Under the pieces are notes generated by a model. The model made no database searches, had not been told where the DNA came from, and was given only the letters and a program-made list of their open reading frames with translations. A program made the translations under genes and the position numbers. DNA of 64,000 bases from Squalus acanthias (lineage: Eukaryota). Below are positions 1-14,200 of this stretch, piece after piece; position 1 is the stretch's first letter, and each line of letters begins with the position of its first letter. The DNA lies in assembly GCA_030390025.1 (NCBI GenBank), contig CM059425.1:175772001-175836000 (forward strand), read 5' to 3'.

Positions 1-211
1 GTGCGTGGTCCCTTTAAGGAAATCGGCAGATGATGCGTCATCAAATGACGTCATCAGACCCGCTTCCTGTTAATTGGCCGGTAAGGGCGGGCTTACCAAG
101 GCCAATCAAGGGAACATCACATCTGCAGAGCGGAGGCAGCTGGGGGCGGGACTGGAACCTGGAAACCAGCTGACCCGCCCCCATCCCGACACCGATGGAA
201 AATCGCGTCCA
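1..211. mobile_element. End of a non-autonomous Harbinger element (window edge)
   Basis: tgatgcgtcatcaaatgacgtca and the terminal ggaaaatcgcgtcc match the end of the element at 18852-20463. Confidence 0.6.
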
Positions 212-1173
212 ATTACTTCACTAATAACCTGTTATACTTGTCAACAGGGGATATCTTAGGAATTCTCTCGCTTCTAGCAATTGTCAATGGTCAAGTGTGA
301 TACTTCTGCTTTCACCTCTCTCACTAGTAATATTTTTGATAGTCCAGGATTTAGTGAGTTAATCTGCATGTGTGGCGTATTCTACTTGAATGGATTTACC
401 TATGGTACCTAAGCTCACCATAGAATTTTGAAGGAGTATGGTCAGCAGCACTGGAATAAACTAGAACGTCTGAAATATCATTAGCAATGCCATTTCTCAC
501 AGTCAAACTTCATTATTACATCCACTGGTACATTAGCAAATTGGGTCTCCTGATAAGGTTTCATCTTAATGACATTTGCTCTCCTCTGTTTGTTAAAATG
601 GAACGATAGCAGGGCTGATGATAAACAACTGATCATTTATCCTATTGCTGTTTGTGTGATTTTGCTGTGTGCAAAACAGCTGCCACATTTTGCCGACATA
701 GCAGTCTCTGCATTTCATCATTTATTGCACGTGGAGTATTTTGAGACATTTGATGCATTATATAAATGCAAGTTCTTTTCTTTCCTTCAATTTGTTATGA
801 CTACAGATTTAAGATTCGGCCCCATCGTCGCTGCTGAGCTGATGGGCAGGAATTTAGTAGCCGTACAGATTTAAGATAACACAAGGCCCAATGTTAAAAA
901 CTTTACAATGATGCCAGTACATGTCTGAAACATCTATAAGATGTCATGGAACTGCGCACAGTGGGGATAATTTTCTGGTGAGGTTCCCTGCCACTGGTGC
1001 TTACTTGGAAAAGGAGCCCCAGTGTGAGCAAATGGATGCGTTTCCTTCTAAATCGGAGCATTTCCTCCTTCACAAATCAAATTTCCTCCCAAATCCTACA
1101 CAGAGGAGAAAATGAACTACCCCAAGTTTTACTGCCCTAATGTGACTGAAGAATTGAATCTCAGCATTATTAT

Positions 1174-1938
1174 GGGCCAAAATTTTGGCCCTTGCCGGGT
1201 GAGTACGCACTGTGTACTCACCTGTAAGGCGTCCTGAAGTGCTGGTTTCCTGCATGCACTGTGCATGCGCGGGAAACCGGAACTTCCGGTCTGGTGAAGG
1301 GAGCGGTTCAGAGGTGAACCGCGTGCGCGGTAGAGGCTGCGCGCACGCAGCAAACTTAGGTTTTTTTCAGGTTTCTCCGGGAGGGTAAGTATGGAAGAAG
1401 CTGCGCTTTTAAAAAGGAGGCGCAAGACTCGTTTTCAACAAGGTAAGTGGTTAATTAATTACAATTTAAAATTTTTTTCAACAGTTTTATCTTTTTTAGA
1501 TACTTTAAAGAAAGGTAAGTTTATTTTTAGCACTGTTAAAAAGTATTTTAATTTTTTCAAAAATTTTAATTTTTGTTTAAAGTAGTTAATTTACTTAACT
1601 TATAGTTATTTTAAAAATGTGATGTTTTTTTTAAAAATTTATTTGAAGTTTAGGTGTTGTTTTGGGGCCGATTTCAATTCATAGATTTGACAGGTCTTCC
1701 TGTCAAATCTATGAATGAAAGATGGTCTGCTGCCATTGGCTCTCCATGGCCCACGTGATCCCAGGGGACGCATCGCACTAACTACTCCCCTGGGACACGC
1801 AAGCACTGTGCGCCGGCAGTTGGAGGAGGCCCAGGAGCTGAAGTCCCCGTGGGCCCAGAGGTCAACGGCAGGTGCGGTAGGTAGGTGCGCGCGCGATCCT
1901 TGCACCCGCGGGAAGCCAGGGAGACGAATTTCTGGGCC
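1174..1938 (+). mobile_element. Harbinger-type MITE, same family as 50590-51333
   Basis: Imperfect TIR gggccaaaattt...aatttctgggcc; colinear similarity with 50590-51333 including the AT-rich core. Confidence 0.75.
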
Positions 1939-2679
1939 AAGGTTTCCAGGTCACAGGTTGTCCCCTACCTGTAAGGAAAATCACTCTCTGATGCTGTTCT
2001 AATATAATTCGTATTGTTTCTGCCACTTCAAGTGAGCCTGATAATTTCCCTAATTTCTCCCAGATTTGGCAACAGTTAGTAGGGGACAGCAGAAGTCTGT
2101 CATCATTCCTGTCCTCACTCAAAAATCTTACAGCCCAGAGAAACCCATAAAAGTTATGTGAAGCATCTTGAAGCAGTGCGCAATGATTTAATCCTGAAGT
2201 TATGGTTGGCAAATGGCCCTGAATTTACATATCATTTCCAATGCATCATTGATGTTGGATGGTGATTTTAATTTTTGAGGCCTACTAATTGGCCGAACCC
2301 TGCTTCTGCCAGATAGCCACCCTATAATGGCTGTGCTTCTGCTTCTGATTCGGTCTGGGGGCCTTTCCACGATGCATGCACTGATATCATCATAATAAAT
2401 ACAAATGACAATGGCTGGCGAAGGAGTGACGAAGACCTGTGACTTGCATCCTCCAACTCATCAAATGTAACTTAGAATGAAATAAAAGAGGTGTACCTAT
2501 TGCCAGCATCAGTGATACTGGCAGAAGTTGTTTGCCTTTCAGCCTGTAGACTGGAGAAGCTTTCAACAACCATTAGTTGACTTACAGGACAATTTTGGAG
2601 CAGTTTTTGTGCTAAACCTGGAGAGAGCTGACCCCACCTCAGACATCCTCAGAGCCTCACCCATAGTAAGAGGTTCTTA

Positions 2680-5030
2680 CTACCTCAATTCATCATGCTC
2701 TCTCTCCTCTGAGTTCACTAGCCTCCTATCCTCCCTTAATCTCTCCCTCCATTTAAACTCCCCAACCCATATTCACGGCCACCCCCTCGACCTTGCCATC
2801 TCATGTGGCCTCGCTACTTCCATTGTGTCAATCGCAGATCAGGCCATCTCTGACCACTTCCTTGTATCCCTCTCCACCCACATCCCCCTTCCTCTCCCAA
2901 CCCATCTTCCTTCTGTGTCCGCCTCTGGAAAAAACTTTCTCTCAACTCTCTTACAACTGCACCTTCAAAATTCCAACTGTCTAGCCTTTGGCCCTCCATT
3001 CACCACAACATTTCTGCAGCTACCGATCTGCTCAACCACACCCTCACCACCACCTTTTAATTCCTAGTCCTCATTAAAACCATTAATCTCTCTCACCCTG
3101 GCTGTTCCCATTGGTACAGCCCTCATCTCTACTCCCTTAAGTCCAAGGGACGCAGACTTGAACGGATAAGCTGGACAACTGCTTCAGCCATTCACCGCCA
3201 GGTCTGGCTGGACCATGTAAAGCACTATTGGGTGCTGCTCTCATCTGCTAAAATTGCTCACTATTCCAGGAAAATTCTGGAATGCAAAGATAATCTCCGG
3301 CTTCTTTTCTTGACTGCAAACTGTTTTCTTAAACCCCTCTTCCCTGTCTCCTCCACCCTCACCTCCAACAACAAGTGCGAGGAGCTCATGGACTACTTTG
3401 TCATGAAGATTGAGACGATCTGATCAGCTGCCTCTGCCACTTCCCTTCCTTCCCCATGCCCACTGTGCCAAACCTCCTCTAAGGTTCCCCCCCGACCTAG
3501 CCCTGAGCTCGCATCTTTCTCCAATTTCTCTCCGAACTCCCCTCATGCCCTCTCCGAGCTCATCTTGTCCCTGAGACCCACTTCCTGATCCCTCGACCCT
3601 ATTCCCACTAAACTGCTAACCACCCAACTTTCTGGCTCCCATATTGTTAACAGTTCTCTCTCCTGAGGTACTGGCCCCCTCTCCTTCAAATTTGCCATCG
3701 TCACCCTCTTCTCAAAAAAAACCCTTAACCCCGCTGTCCTTGCAAACTACCGCACCATCTCCAACCTCCCCTTCCTCTCCAAAGTCCTTGAACATGTTGT
3801 TGCCTCCCAAATCGTGCCCATCTCTCCCGGAACTCCATGTTTGAATCCCTCCAATCAGGTTTCTGCCCCTGCCACAATACCGAAACGGCTCTCATCAAAT
3901 TCACAAATGTCATCCTATGTGACTGCACTCACCTGGTTCCATTCTTATCTACCTAATCGTAGCCAGAGAATCACCTGCAATGACTTCTCTTCTTGCTCCC
4001 GCATCGTTAACTCTGGAGTCCCCCAAGGATCTATCCTTGGCCCCCTCATGTTTCTCATCTACATGTTACCCCTCAGCAGCATCATCTGAAAACACAGCGT
4101 CGGTTTCCACATGTACGCTAATGACACCCAGCTCTACCTCACCACCACTTCTCTCGACCCCTCCGCTGTCTCTAAATTGTCAGACTGCTTGTCTGACATC
4201 CAGTACTGGATGAACAGAAATTTAATTCAACTAAATATTGGGAAGACCGAAGCCATTGTTTTCGCTCCCCGCCACAAATTCCGTTCCCTAGCCACTGACT
4301 CCATCCCTCTCCCTAACATTTGTCTGAGGCTGAACCAGACTGTTCGCAACCTTGGTGTCATATTTGACCCTGAAATGAGCTTCTAATCACATACCTGCGC
4401 CATTATTAAGACCGCCTATTTCCACTTCCGTAACGTCGCTCGACTCCACCCCTGCCACAGCTCATCTGCTGCTGAAACCCTCATCCATGCCTTTGTTACC
4501 TCTAGACTTGACGATTCCAACACCCTCCTGGCTGGCCTCCCATGTTCTACCCTCTGTAAACTTGAGGTCATCCAAAACTCTGCTGCCTGTGTCCTAACTC
4601 GCACCAAGTCCCGTTCACCCATCACCCCTGTGCTCGCTGACCTACATTGGTTCCCGGTTAAGCAACACCTCAATTTTAAAATTCTCATCCTTGTTTTCAA
4701 ATCCCTCCATGGTCTTCCCCCTCCCTATCTCTGTAATCTCCTCCACCCCCACGAGCATCCCTGATTTTAATTGCTCAACCATTGGTGGCCGTGCCTTCAG
4801 CTGCCAAGGCCCTAAGCTCTGGAATTCCCGCCCTAAGCCTCTCTACCTCTCTTTACTCCTTTAAGATGCTCCTTCATATCTCCTTCTTTGACAAAGCTTT
4901 GTCATCTGCCCTAATATCTCCTTATGTGGCTCAGTTTCAAATTTTGTTTTACAACACTCCTGTGAAGCTTCTATGGACTTTTTACTACATTAAAGGCGCT
5001 GCATAAGTACAAGTTGTTGTTGTTGTTGTT
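2680..5030 (+). mobile_element. L2-clade LINE, degenerate ORF2 (endonuclease + RT)
   Basis: HIHGHPLDLAIS endonuclease motif, SGVPQGSILGP and HMYANDTQLY RT motifs, internal deletion, (gtt)n 3' tail. Confidence 0.85.
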
Positions 5031-5170
5031 GAATATACTCATCGACTGAGCATCCACAGCCCTTTGGGGTAGAGAATTCCAAAGATTCACAACCTTTAGA
5101 GTGAAGAAATTTCTCTTCATCTCAGTCCTAAATGGCCGACCCCTTATCCTGAGACTATGACCCGTAGCTC
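5030..5170 (-). mobile_element. CR1 LINE 3' fragment
   Basis: GHSLRIRGRPFRTEMKRNFFTLKVVNLWNSLPQRAV, typical CR1 ORF2 C-terminus. Confidence 0.8.
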
Positions 5171-5179
5171 CAAGTGAGG

Positions 5180-6060
5180 AGCTCTGAGTGAGAAGAATGC
5201 ACTTCATCGAAGAGGTTATAAGAGAGCTGTACCATCTTCTGCATAAAGACCTGCAGTCAGGATCATCTGCCTGCCTGGAGTTGTGAAAATGTTAACCATA
5301 CTTAATTTTTATGCCAACAATTTATTTTATGTAGCCATGTGGGACCTGTGTAATGTCAACCAGGGTGCTGATCAGGCATACATTCATTAGATAACTGACA
5401 CATTTTTTTTAGGAGAGTTGGGTAATTAATCCAATTTTGTGTGACAAAAAGGCAGCAGTGTGATAGGGTCATCCAGTATTATCACATTTCTGGGTTCCTC
5501 AAAGTGCAGGGTACAAAACATGGCATACACATAGCATTACAGATAGTTGCCGTAACAATAGAAAGGGGTACCACTCACTGAATTTCCAGATTGTGTGTGA
5601 TCACATGCAAAGAATCCTCTACATCAGTGGCAGATTTGCTGGAAGTTGCGTCGATGCATTCAACCTCAAGAATTTTGCCCTCCCTGAGCTTTTCAAGGAA
5701 GATAATCAAATGAATGGATGACTTATGGGTGACAAAGCGTACCCTTTGCTATCATGAACAATGACCTCTCCGTGAGTGGCAAGAACAGCAGCTGAGGAGT
5801 ACTACAATGAGGCACATAGTTTCACTAAAGTTGTGATAAGGAGAACCATAGGGATCTTAAAGAGGTGCTTTCACTGGCTTGATAGATCAGGAGGGGCTCT
5901 ACAACATGCTCCACATCATGTATCTTGCATTGTTGCAGCTTGCTGTGCCCTACACAACTTTGCAGTCTAAAAAGGCCTGGACATGGGGATTCCTGCAGAG
6001 GTGACCCCAGCTAGTTTGGAGGTAAAGGAGCATTAGGAAGACCCTCACTCGGGCGACTCA
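5180..6060 (+). pseudogene. Old, degenerate Harbinger DDE transposase
   Basis: GWLMGDKAYPL and [22 protein letters not shown]...CCALHNFA motifs with many stops. Confidence 0.8.
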
Positions 6061-6099
6061 GTGATATGTCCCAAGGGTATCAGAAAACAATTTATCAAT

Positions 6100-6229
6100 T
6101 GCTCACTTCACCTGATGAAGGAGCAGCGCTCCGAAAGCTGGTGATTTCAAACAAAGCTGTTGGACTATAACCTGGTGTTGTGCGACTTCTCACATTTGTC
6201 CACCCCAGTCCAACACCGGCATCTCCACA
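6100..6229 (+). mobile_element. Penelope pLTR 3' fragment containing a minimal hammerhead motif
   Basis: Matches the 3' end of the Penelope at 18055-18181; flanked by a ttatcaat duplication. Confidence 0.8.
6108..6145 (+). ncRNA. Minimal hammerhead ribozyme motif (cleavage-site base G, probably inactive)
   Basis: tcac-CTGATGA-a-ggagc(agc)gctcc-GAA-AGCT-g-gtga: core boxes, stem II, palindromic helix III, stem I. Confidence 0.7.
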
Positions 6230-6598
6230 TTATCAATAAAGTGTGCTCATTTACTTAGCAGTCTTCCTTTGTTATGACTGTCCATTTTCCCTACCTTTGG
6301 ATAAATTACAATTCCTTCAATCAAGTACACATCGTGGAAACTCACAGCACTTCAGATCTCTTTGCCCCTACCGAACCCTCAATCAATACATGAACATGAC
6401 ATAAGTACACATTCTCTTTTATGTTCCAGAGTGTTCATTAATCAGTTTTATGCTCCAGTGGTAAGCTGAAAATTACCCCCTTTGTCTCCTTAATCTAAAA
6501 TGAGGTCAGTGCTTCCCCAGGGTCACTGTGGAGCACATCATTGGGATGCTGAAAGAACAACTTCATTGCTCAGACTGCTCAGGCATGATGCGACTGTA

Positions 6599-9138
6599 GG
6601 GGGCGATTTTCTCACTGTAGGCGAGATGGAGGTGGGTTTCGGTTTGGGTGGGTTTGGAACCCGCCTCCACTGATAGTTTTCAAAAAATTGCGATTTTCCC
6701 ATGAATGGCCACTTGATTTCAGAGGTGTGGGATGCCCTTGGTCAATTAGTGTTTTGGGACTGAAACCCACCTCTGCTGACATCACTTTTCCAGTCTGACT
6801 TTATGGCTTCCTGCTGCCTTGGCTCATTCCACAGGATTTCTGCCGATGCTACACCACCTGCAACATATTCTGAGAAACCAATGTCCAATTCCAAGGCAAG
6901 GGCCTCCCCGAGGCTCTCAGATGAGGCGCTGCAAATGTTGTTTGAGGGAGGTGGTCTTCCACTCATCTGGGAGGGAGAGGCCTCCCAAAGAAACCAAGGC
7001 TGTGTGGGTACAGCTGGCAAGGGATATAACCTCCAGATCTGTGTGCAGATTGGGAGAATGTTTCTGTGTATTGATGAAATGCCATCCCTGTTGGAAAGCA
7101 TTAAAATGATTTGATGCCAAAATGTTGGCGTTATGGCATCTGTTTTTTTGCCTTAGGCAGCTCCACATTGCGGGCTCTGCCACATTTGCGTTGTCAGGTT
7201 GGTAGCCTGAGTGAAAGGAGGCCAGAGAGTCATGTCTATTGTCAATGATGTTTTAGGATGGAGCCAAGGACATGTGCCAACTTGGGCAACCTATGCAAAT
7301 CTGGCTATGATAAGTTCATCCCTTGCATCCCGAGCAGCCATGTGCTCACGTGCTGCCGCTGCTGCTGGTTGATACACCGGTGCTCTGACCTCCTCCTGCT
7401 CCTCCTCCTACACCTCTTCCTCCTCCAGCTCCTCCTCCTCCTCCTTCAGATCCTCCTCCTCCTCCTGCTCCTCCTCCTCCTCCAGATCCTCCTCCTCCTC
7501 AGCCTCCTCATCCTCATCTGAGGAGGCCTGGAACTGAGCCACTTGCTCATCAGGAAGCTGCAAGCCACGACACTGTGCGCTGTTGTGCAGTGCACAGCAG
7601 ACCACGACCATTCTGGAGACCCTGTATGGTGTATACTGCAGGGCTCCACCTGATCGGTCAAGGCAATGAAAGCGCATCTTCAACAACCCAATGGTTTGTT
7701 TGATGATGGACCTGGTCGAAGTGTGGCTGGCGTTGTAGCGCTCTTCAGCCTCGTTAGCTGGCCTCCTGATCGGCGTCATTAGCCACTTCTTCAGGGGGTA
7801 GCCTTTGTTACCAAGGAGCCATCCGTTAAGTTGGTTTGGCGGATTGAAAAGCGGAGGAACACTAGAGTGCCACAGGATGAAAGAGTCATGGCAACTACCA
7901 CAGAACTTGGCGCAAACATGCAAAAACTCCTTCTTGTGGTTACACACCAGCTGTACGTTGAGGGAGTGGAAGCCCTTTCGGTTGACAAAGATAGCTGGGT
8001 TGCGATGGGGTGCCCTAAGGGTGTGTGCAGTCAATGACGCCCTGCACCATTGGCATGCCTGCCATATTTGCAAAGCCAACCGAACGGGCGGTTATACTTG
8101 CTTGATCCCTTGAGAACTGGGTGTAATTGTGGGCCTTAGCGAAAAGGGCATCGGTAACCTGCGTGATGCAACTGTGGACGGCCGACTGGGAGATGTCGCT
8201 GATGTCTGCTGATGATCCCTGGAAAGAGCCTGAGGCAAAGAAGTTGAGTGGGTGGTGACTTTGACAGCCACTGGTAAGGGGTGTCCACCCGTTCCTCTGG
8301 GCACCAGGTCTTGCTGTAGCAGTCCGCAGATTTCTTGGACAACCTCTCGCAAAAGTCTCAGCCTCCTTTGGCACTGCTGCTCAGTCATGTTGAGGTAGCT
8401 CATCCTCTGTCTGTAAACCCTTTGTTGGGGGTATCTCCTGCGGCGAGGTGCCTCGATGCGCTGGCGCCTTCTGCCTGTGCAGCATCAGGTGGCTGAGCAG
8501 GAGTTTGGGACTCCTGCTGCTGTTGCTCCTGAGCTGCCTGGTTCTGCTGCTGCCGTGGATGCTTCTCATCCGAATCGGAGGTCCATGGTGAAAGAAAATG
8601 AATGGTTCCCATGCTGCTTGCAGATGCCTCCGTTGGGGAAGCGCTCAGTCCAAGCGGGGAGAGGGTCTTCCAAGGAGGTCCCACAGTTGATAGATTCAAG
8701 CTGCAGCACCTCCGACTTCGGAAGGCGTTCTATAAGTGCTCAAAGACCTTTTAAAGCAAAGTTCTGGCACCTACAAGTAATCCTTGATGAAATAAATGAT
8801 GTCTTGTTAGACCTGAAGCTATGAGGAGGCCACCCACGAGTCAACCCGTCAGGTTTAGCTGGTGTGGTTTAGGAGGGTCGTGGAACATGCCGAAATGCTC
8901 GAAAAATCACGAGGGCCTCTCAAAATAGGCTTAGAGAGGCCCTTAACGAGCATTTAATCCTCTTAACAAGCGCTCTGGCCAGTTGGAGGCGGGACCGTTT
9001 CCCGCCCTCCAAAACCGGCACCCGCAAAATACCGCGGAGGCGGGTTAGAGGCGGGTTCCGAACCCGCCCTCATTGTTTCTGATTTTCCCGCTTTTCCCGC
9101 TTCCAAACCCGCCTCCTCGGACGTCAGAAAATCGCCCC
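6599..9138 (-). mobile_element. Harbinger DNA transposon (transposase pseudogene on -, truncated Myb/SANT gene on +)
   Basis: TIRs ggggcgattttct / agaaaatcgcccc, 3-bp TSD gta; [32 protein letters not shown] motifs and acidic tail. Confidence 0.9.
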
Positions 9139-11274
9139 GTACAGTCCAAGTAACATGGCAAAATTGTTACTATCTGCAGCACAATGGTGCCATTTAAAGA
9201 GAGATGAGTGTGCACCTGGACCCTTTGAGGAGCAGCTGCACGGAGGAAGAGGGTGGGATGGAGGCAAATGATGCTGGATTTTGCACTGTGATTCCACCCC
9301 AAATCAGGAAGGATAGTGGAGGAAAGCAGAGGAAAATTGGGCGGCAAGACCTACCGCCGCATCCCCATCCAGATCTTAAGTTTCCTGTCCCCCTCCAGAT
9401 AGGAAGGGCACTGGCTGCCTTTTCACCGTCCTCTGCATCTAAGTGCCACCAGGAGGATGGGCCCTGCAAGCTGCCCGATTTCCATTGTTGCTGACCACCA
9501 GGTGAGGGCTGGCAGTAGACCCTGGGCAGGGTGGCAAGCCCCTAAGTCATGAAGGGAAAGGGCCTAGTAGTGGCCTCCTCCCCTTCAATATAAGCCACAA
9601 ACAATTACTTTCTGAAGGCCTTGATATAGTCCAGGACCTTCAGTCAAATTGGAGCTCTTCTCCCCACTTTAAGACTGTCCCCATCTCTTCTTGTGCTGCA
9701 TCAGCTGTCTCACTGCAGCACTGGCCATGTTTCTCTTCACACGGTGGGCTCCCTCTTTATGGTGGCGATCCCATTGGGAACTCACCTTGCATCTGTAACG
9801 AGGCTCGAGGAGGAAAGTGGGCTGGGGTCACGGCGGGGTCGGGACAGGTCCCATCGTGACCATCTTAGGTTGGGATTAGGGAAATCCAGTCATGTTGTTC
9901 TGGCAGGGAGAATGGCCCCAAACATGCCATATAACACCTATTCTTACTACCACCTTACATGAAACTTTGGGGGCAATTATCATCTCCACCATAAATCAGG
10001 TGGGTGGTGGGCTGGGCGGGAAGCTTCATCGATTTTCATGGTCAGACCTCATTTAGCATTAAATAGGTGAGCAGCCAGCGTAAATTGCGCTGCTTATAGG
10101 CAACTCGCCGTATAGGAAGGTGAGAAACCCAGCAGAGCAGACACTGATCACGGGCCTGCACCAGCTGGTTGTCTGGTTGTCAGTCAAATTCCACCTGTAA
10201 ATTGGAAGTGGAAGGGGTGGAACACCAGTGGTAAGTTGGTGGGACTTCATTTCTTGCAGTTTTTGTCCCTCTAAGGCCCCGTTTACACTCTCCTTTACCG
10301 CACCTCCTGCAGTGGGACCTCCAGGCCTTTTCACTAAAAGGGCCAGTTTTGCCCACAATGGCTCCTTGAAACCATTCTTCCAGATAGTAACTGATCGCTT
10401 GGTCAAAAAAATGATCTCCCCTTTAAGGGCAAGTAACATTCCTTTAAATGCTGCCTGCTGGTCAGATTTTGCAACTAGCAGTCTTCAGGCCTGACTCCCT
10501 CATGCAGGTAGGTGTGTGCCTTACATTGCAAATTTCAGCACCGCCCCACCCTACCAAAGCTGTGTACAGTCCACTTTTCCCAGGATCGCAAAATCCAGAC
10601 TTTTGTACAGACTGTGAGTACAGCTCCAAGGAAAATCAACCCTGACATTCAGCAAGTGTTCCACCGATCTCCCGCCAGAACTCTGGTGGGAGACCAGGGT
10701 GAAAATGGCCATAAACGCCATTTCCCTGGGGTCCTGCCAGTCTCAAACAAGAGTTCTGGTGGTAGACTGGGAGAATCCCTGTGGAATTTCAGGCCCTTAA
10801 GTTTATTTTCATATCATTTCGCTATTGCGTTAATTGAGCAATTTATTAGTTTGCTTAAAGTCCCGTGCTAAATCTTTTATTTTCAAACAGAGTTTCTGTT
10901 TAGCATCAATGCTATCCAGAAAAACAAACTTAAACTGATTTTTTGGGAGGGGCACTAGTTGCACTTATTGTGGGGAGGGGGGGCGGGGTGGGGGGGTGGG
11001 TGGGGTGGGGGGGGGGTGGTTCTGGGAATTTAATTTGCTTTTAGTGTTAAATAAAAGTTAACTTTTTTCTCCCTTTTTTAGTGCACTTAGAAAAATTCAG
11101 AGGTTTATTAATTGCACATTTTTGAAGCTCAGGTATATTATAATTAAAGAGAACCTAGTGCAGCAAACCTGCAATAATAACACTGAATCACCCACTAACT
11201 CCCCTAATAGGTATTTATGTGCTATATATAAACCCTCAGTACATTAATTTGCCTGAATGTACAAAGTGGAGTTT

Positions 11275-14200
11275 TAATGGAGCGAGCAAGGTGTAGAAAG
11301 GCTGGGTTTACTGATGAGGTGCTTGAAATTATTGTGGACATCGAACTAGTGAAAATCCTTTAACAGATTGGAAGCGCAAATCATCACTAAATAAAGGTTC
11401 CAGCAGGTTTGGAAGACAATCGAGCAGGTCCTCAGCGCAGTCTTCATGACTGATCAAACATAGCGCATGAGCTCACAAAGCACAACAAACTGCATTGCAG
11501 GCATCACATTGAAGATACGGCACTAATGCACTCTAACATTAACAAAAGGTATTGTTGAACACTTTACAGTTTTCAGTAGGTATTCTTTCTTTAATGTACA
11601 ATTAGAGCAAAAAACAAATCAGTTGGCTCATAACCATGGGTATAAAAAGAAGAAATTAAACCCATACTCACAACGAAAAGCCAGGACATTTAAGTTAAAA
11701 TGTATGCACAAAGTTCTGCACTCTATCCTTCTGTTTGCAAAAAGGTCCATGTGCAGACACAAAGGAAAAAACAATCAATCAGTGCCAATGACACCTGAGC
11801 TGCTGCTTGGTATTCCACACACTGCTTGGTATTCATCTTGCTCCTAAACCTCTTCTTGAGGCCGACTTTGCTGCAGCTCTCACTTGGCAAGCATGCCTGT
11901 AACTATTTCAATGGCTGTATTACACAGCTTGCAACATACAGCAATCATTCTACCAGTTTGCTCTGCTTTATACTGTTCTGTCGAAAGACTATATGTGAAA
12001 CGTTAGCCTTTACAGATGCTGATAGAACTATGCATTTCCAGTACTTTCTGTTTTTATTTCAGAAACGTTGGCCAGAATTTTCTTTACCTTGGCGGGTCTG
12101 GTGCGGGCGGTGGCCATGTCGGGTCGCGACCCCGCTGCTGGCTCCATCCCACTGTAGAAAATTAACTTACCTTAATGGGACCTATTAAGCCCCCCCAGCG
12201 CGTTACCCGGCCCAATGAGATGGAGCGGGTCTGGTGACGACGCGTTTACAGCCAGGATCTTTAAAGGGACCATGGCCACATTACATTTGAAGTTTAATCC
12301 AACATAATGCTGTCAGTGCACTACAGCGTTGGAGTGCTGCAAACACTGACAATGACTGCACAGAGGCAGAGGGCTGCACCCAGGTTCTCTGATGTGCTTA
12401 TGGAGGGAGTCACAGTACGCAGGGAGGTCCTCTTCCCTTCCGATAGGCGGAAGAGACCTCCCCAGGAGACCAAGACAGCCTGGTTGCAGATTGCAGAGGA
12501 GGTCACAAGCAGGGATGTGGTCAGGAGGACCTGGCTGCAGTGCCGCAAACATTTCAATGATCTCATTAGATCAGGAAACGTTAGTACAAAGCCACACTCA
12601 ACTGTATCCTGCTGTGCCTCTCATCACATCCCCATCACTCTGGCTCCCCTACAGTACTCCTGCACATCCTTACTCACACCAATGTACCTTGCGCCTCCAC
12701 CCATCCCTCTCTCTCTCTATCTACATTATCACATCCCCATCTCACGAGCCACCCCTCACACTCACCCTCAACCTAGTGCAATCATACCAACTAACAACAC
12801 ACAAGGGTTGCCTCTTGGGTATTTTATCCAATGTTTATGTAAAGTTTCGGTTAATGTGGTGTCAAACATAAAAATCTTTATTTTCAACACTTTCCGGTCT
12901 TGAACAGATTTGTGTGCACCTTTGGAAGTGGCTTAGTGAGTTGTAGTGAATGGTGAGATATAACAGTACCCCCCGCAATGGTGGTCAGTGTGAAAGGAAT
13001 GGCTTGGGCATTGTAGGGATGCTTTATGGTGTTGGTGTGTGGTGGTGCCAACCTGGCGCATCATGTGGCAGCCATATGGGTGTGCTGTGTAAAATTAACT
13101 AAATCTGGCCATGATGAGGCCATCCCTGGTCTCCTAGGCAGCAATGTGGTCGGGTGCTGATGCCCTGTGTCCTGTGCAGCATCAGGTGATTGCGGAGAAG
13201 GTTGGTGTTGTTGTTGGTGCTGCTGGTGTTAGGGCTGATCATGGTGGGATTCTGAGGACCAAGGTGAGAGAGTATAAATGGCACCCAAGCTGATGGAATA
13301 GATGGCAGGTGAAGTAGAGATGACAGAAGCGATCTGTCAGTGGTGAGAGATTTTTTCCAATGAGGTGACACTGGATGGAGACTTTGCTGGAAACACTTGC
13401 AGCCTGCAGAATCTGGGCTGGAAATGGACTGAGCAACAGTTTCTGCCTGAGGAAAGTGATCATCTGTCAGGTGGGAGCTTTTACTGTACATTTGATGCTG
13501 TAAAGTAATCAGCTGGAGCAATGGCCACGGAACTCCCGCCTCAGGTTGACAGACGTGGTTCCCGAGCTGCGTGAATCCCGTGGCCATGCAGGGAAATTTA
13601 AAAAGTAAGTGAAAAAGGCTCTTAAGTGCCTGTTAACTACCTGATAATTATTTCAATTGGGTCGCCCGCCGCTGCCGGTCGGGTCGGCTACGCGATGACA
13701 GACGCACCTGGGGAAAGGTTCCCGACCCGCTGTCAAAAATAACAACTTTCTCACCCAACCCGCCACCGAGCGCGCCCGCTACCACCCCGGAAAATACCAG
13801 CCGGTGTTTCAAGAGGCCAAAAATCTGCTTTGTTATTTCCCCACTTCTTTCATGTGTTTCATAGTCCTTTCTTGTATGATCTGAGGTTCTGTGGAGGGGT
13901 CATAAGCCATATTTGGAGTGGGTAATTGATGTTTCATAAAAGTCAACCTTGTACTTTTCTTTCCCTTGGAAGAGTTGGCGAACTCTCGATTCCCTCATGA
14001 TATATGCACCATTAGCACGCCCCGTAAAATAAGCATCAGCTTCCATAAATTTTTTGCCAATAGTCACATAACATCTGAGCATTTCTGATGATAAAAGGGG
14101 GTATATGGTTTTCAGGCTTTATGAATAGCAAGGTAAGTGCAATAAAGAGCACCTTTCAAGAAATTATAGAATTTTGCAGCAGTGTCAATATTTAAGCACT

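Noticed and set aside
7258..7521. Leu-rich membrane protein ORF (also 54038-54355)
   Set aside because: Antisense reading of the poly-Glu tail of Harbinger transposases.
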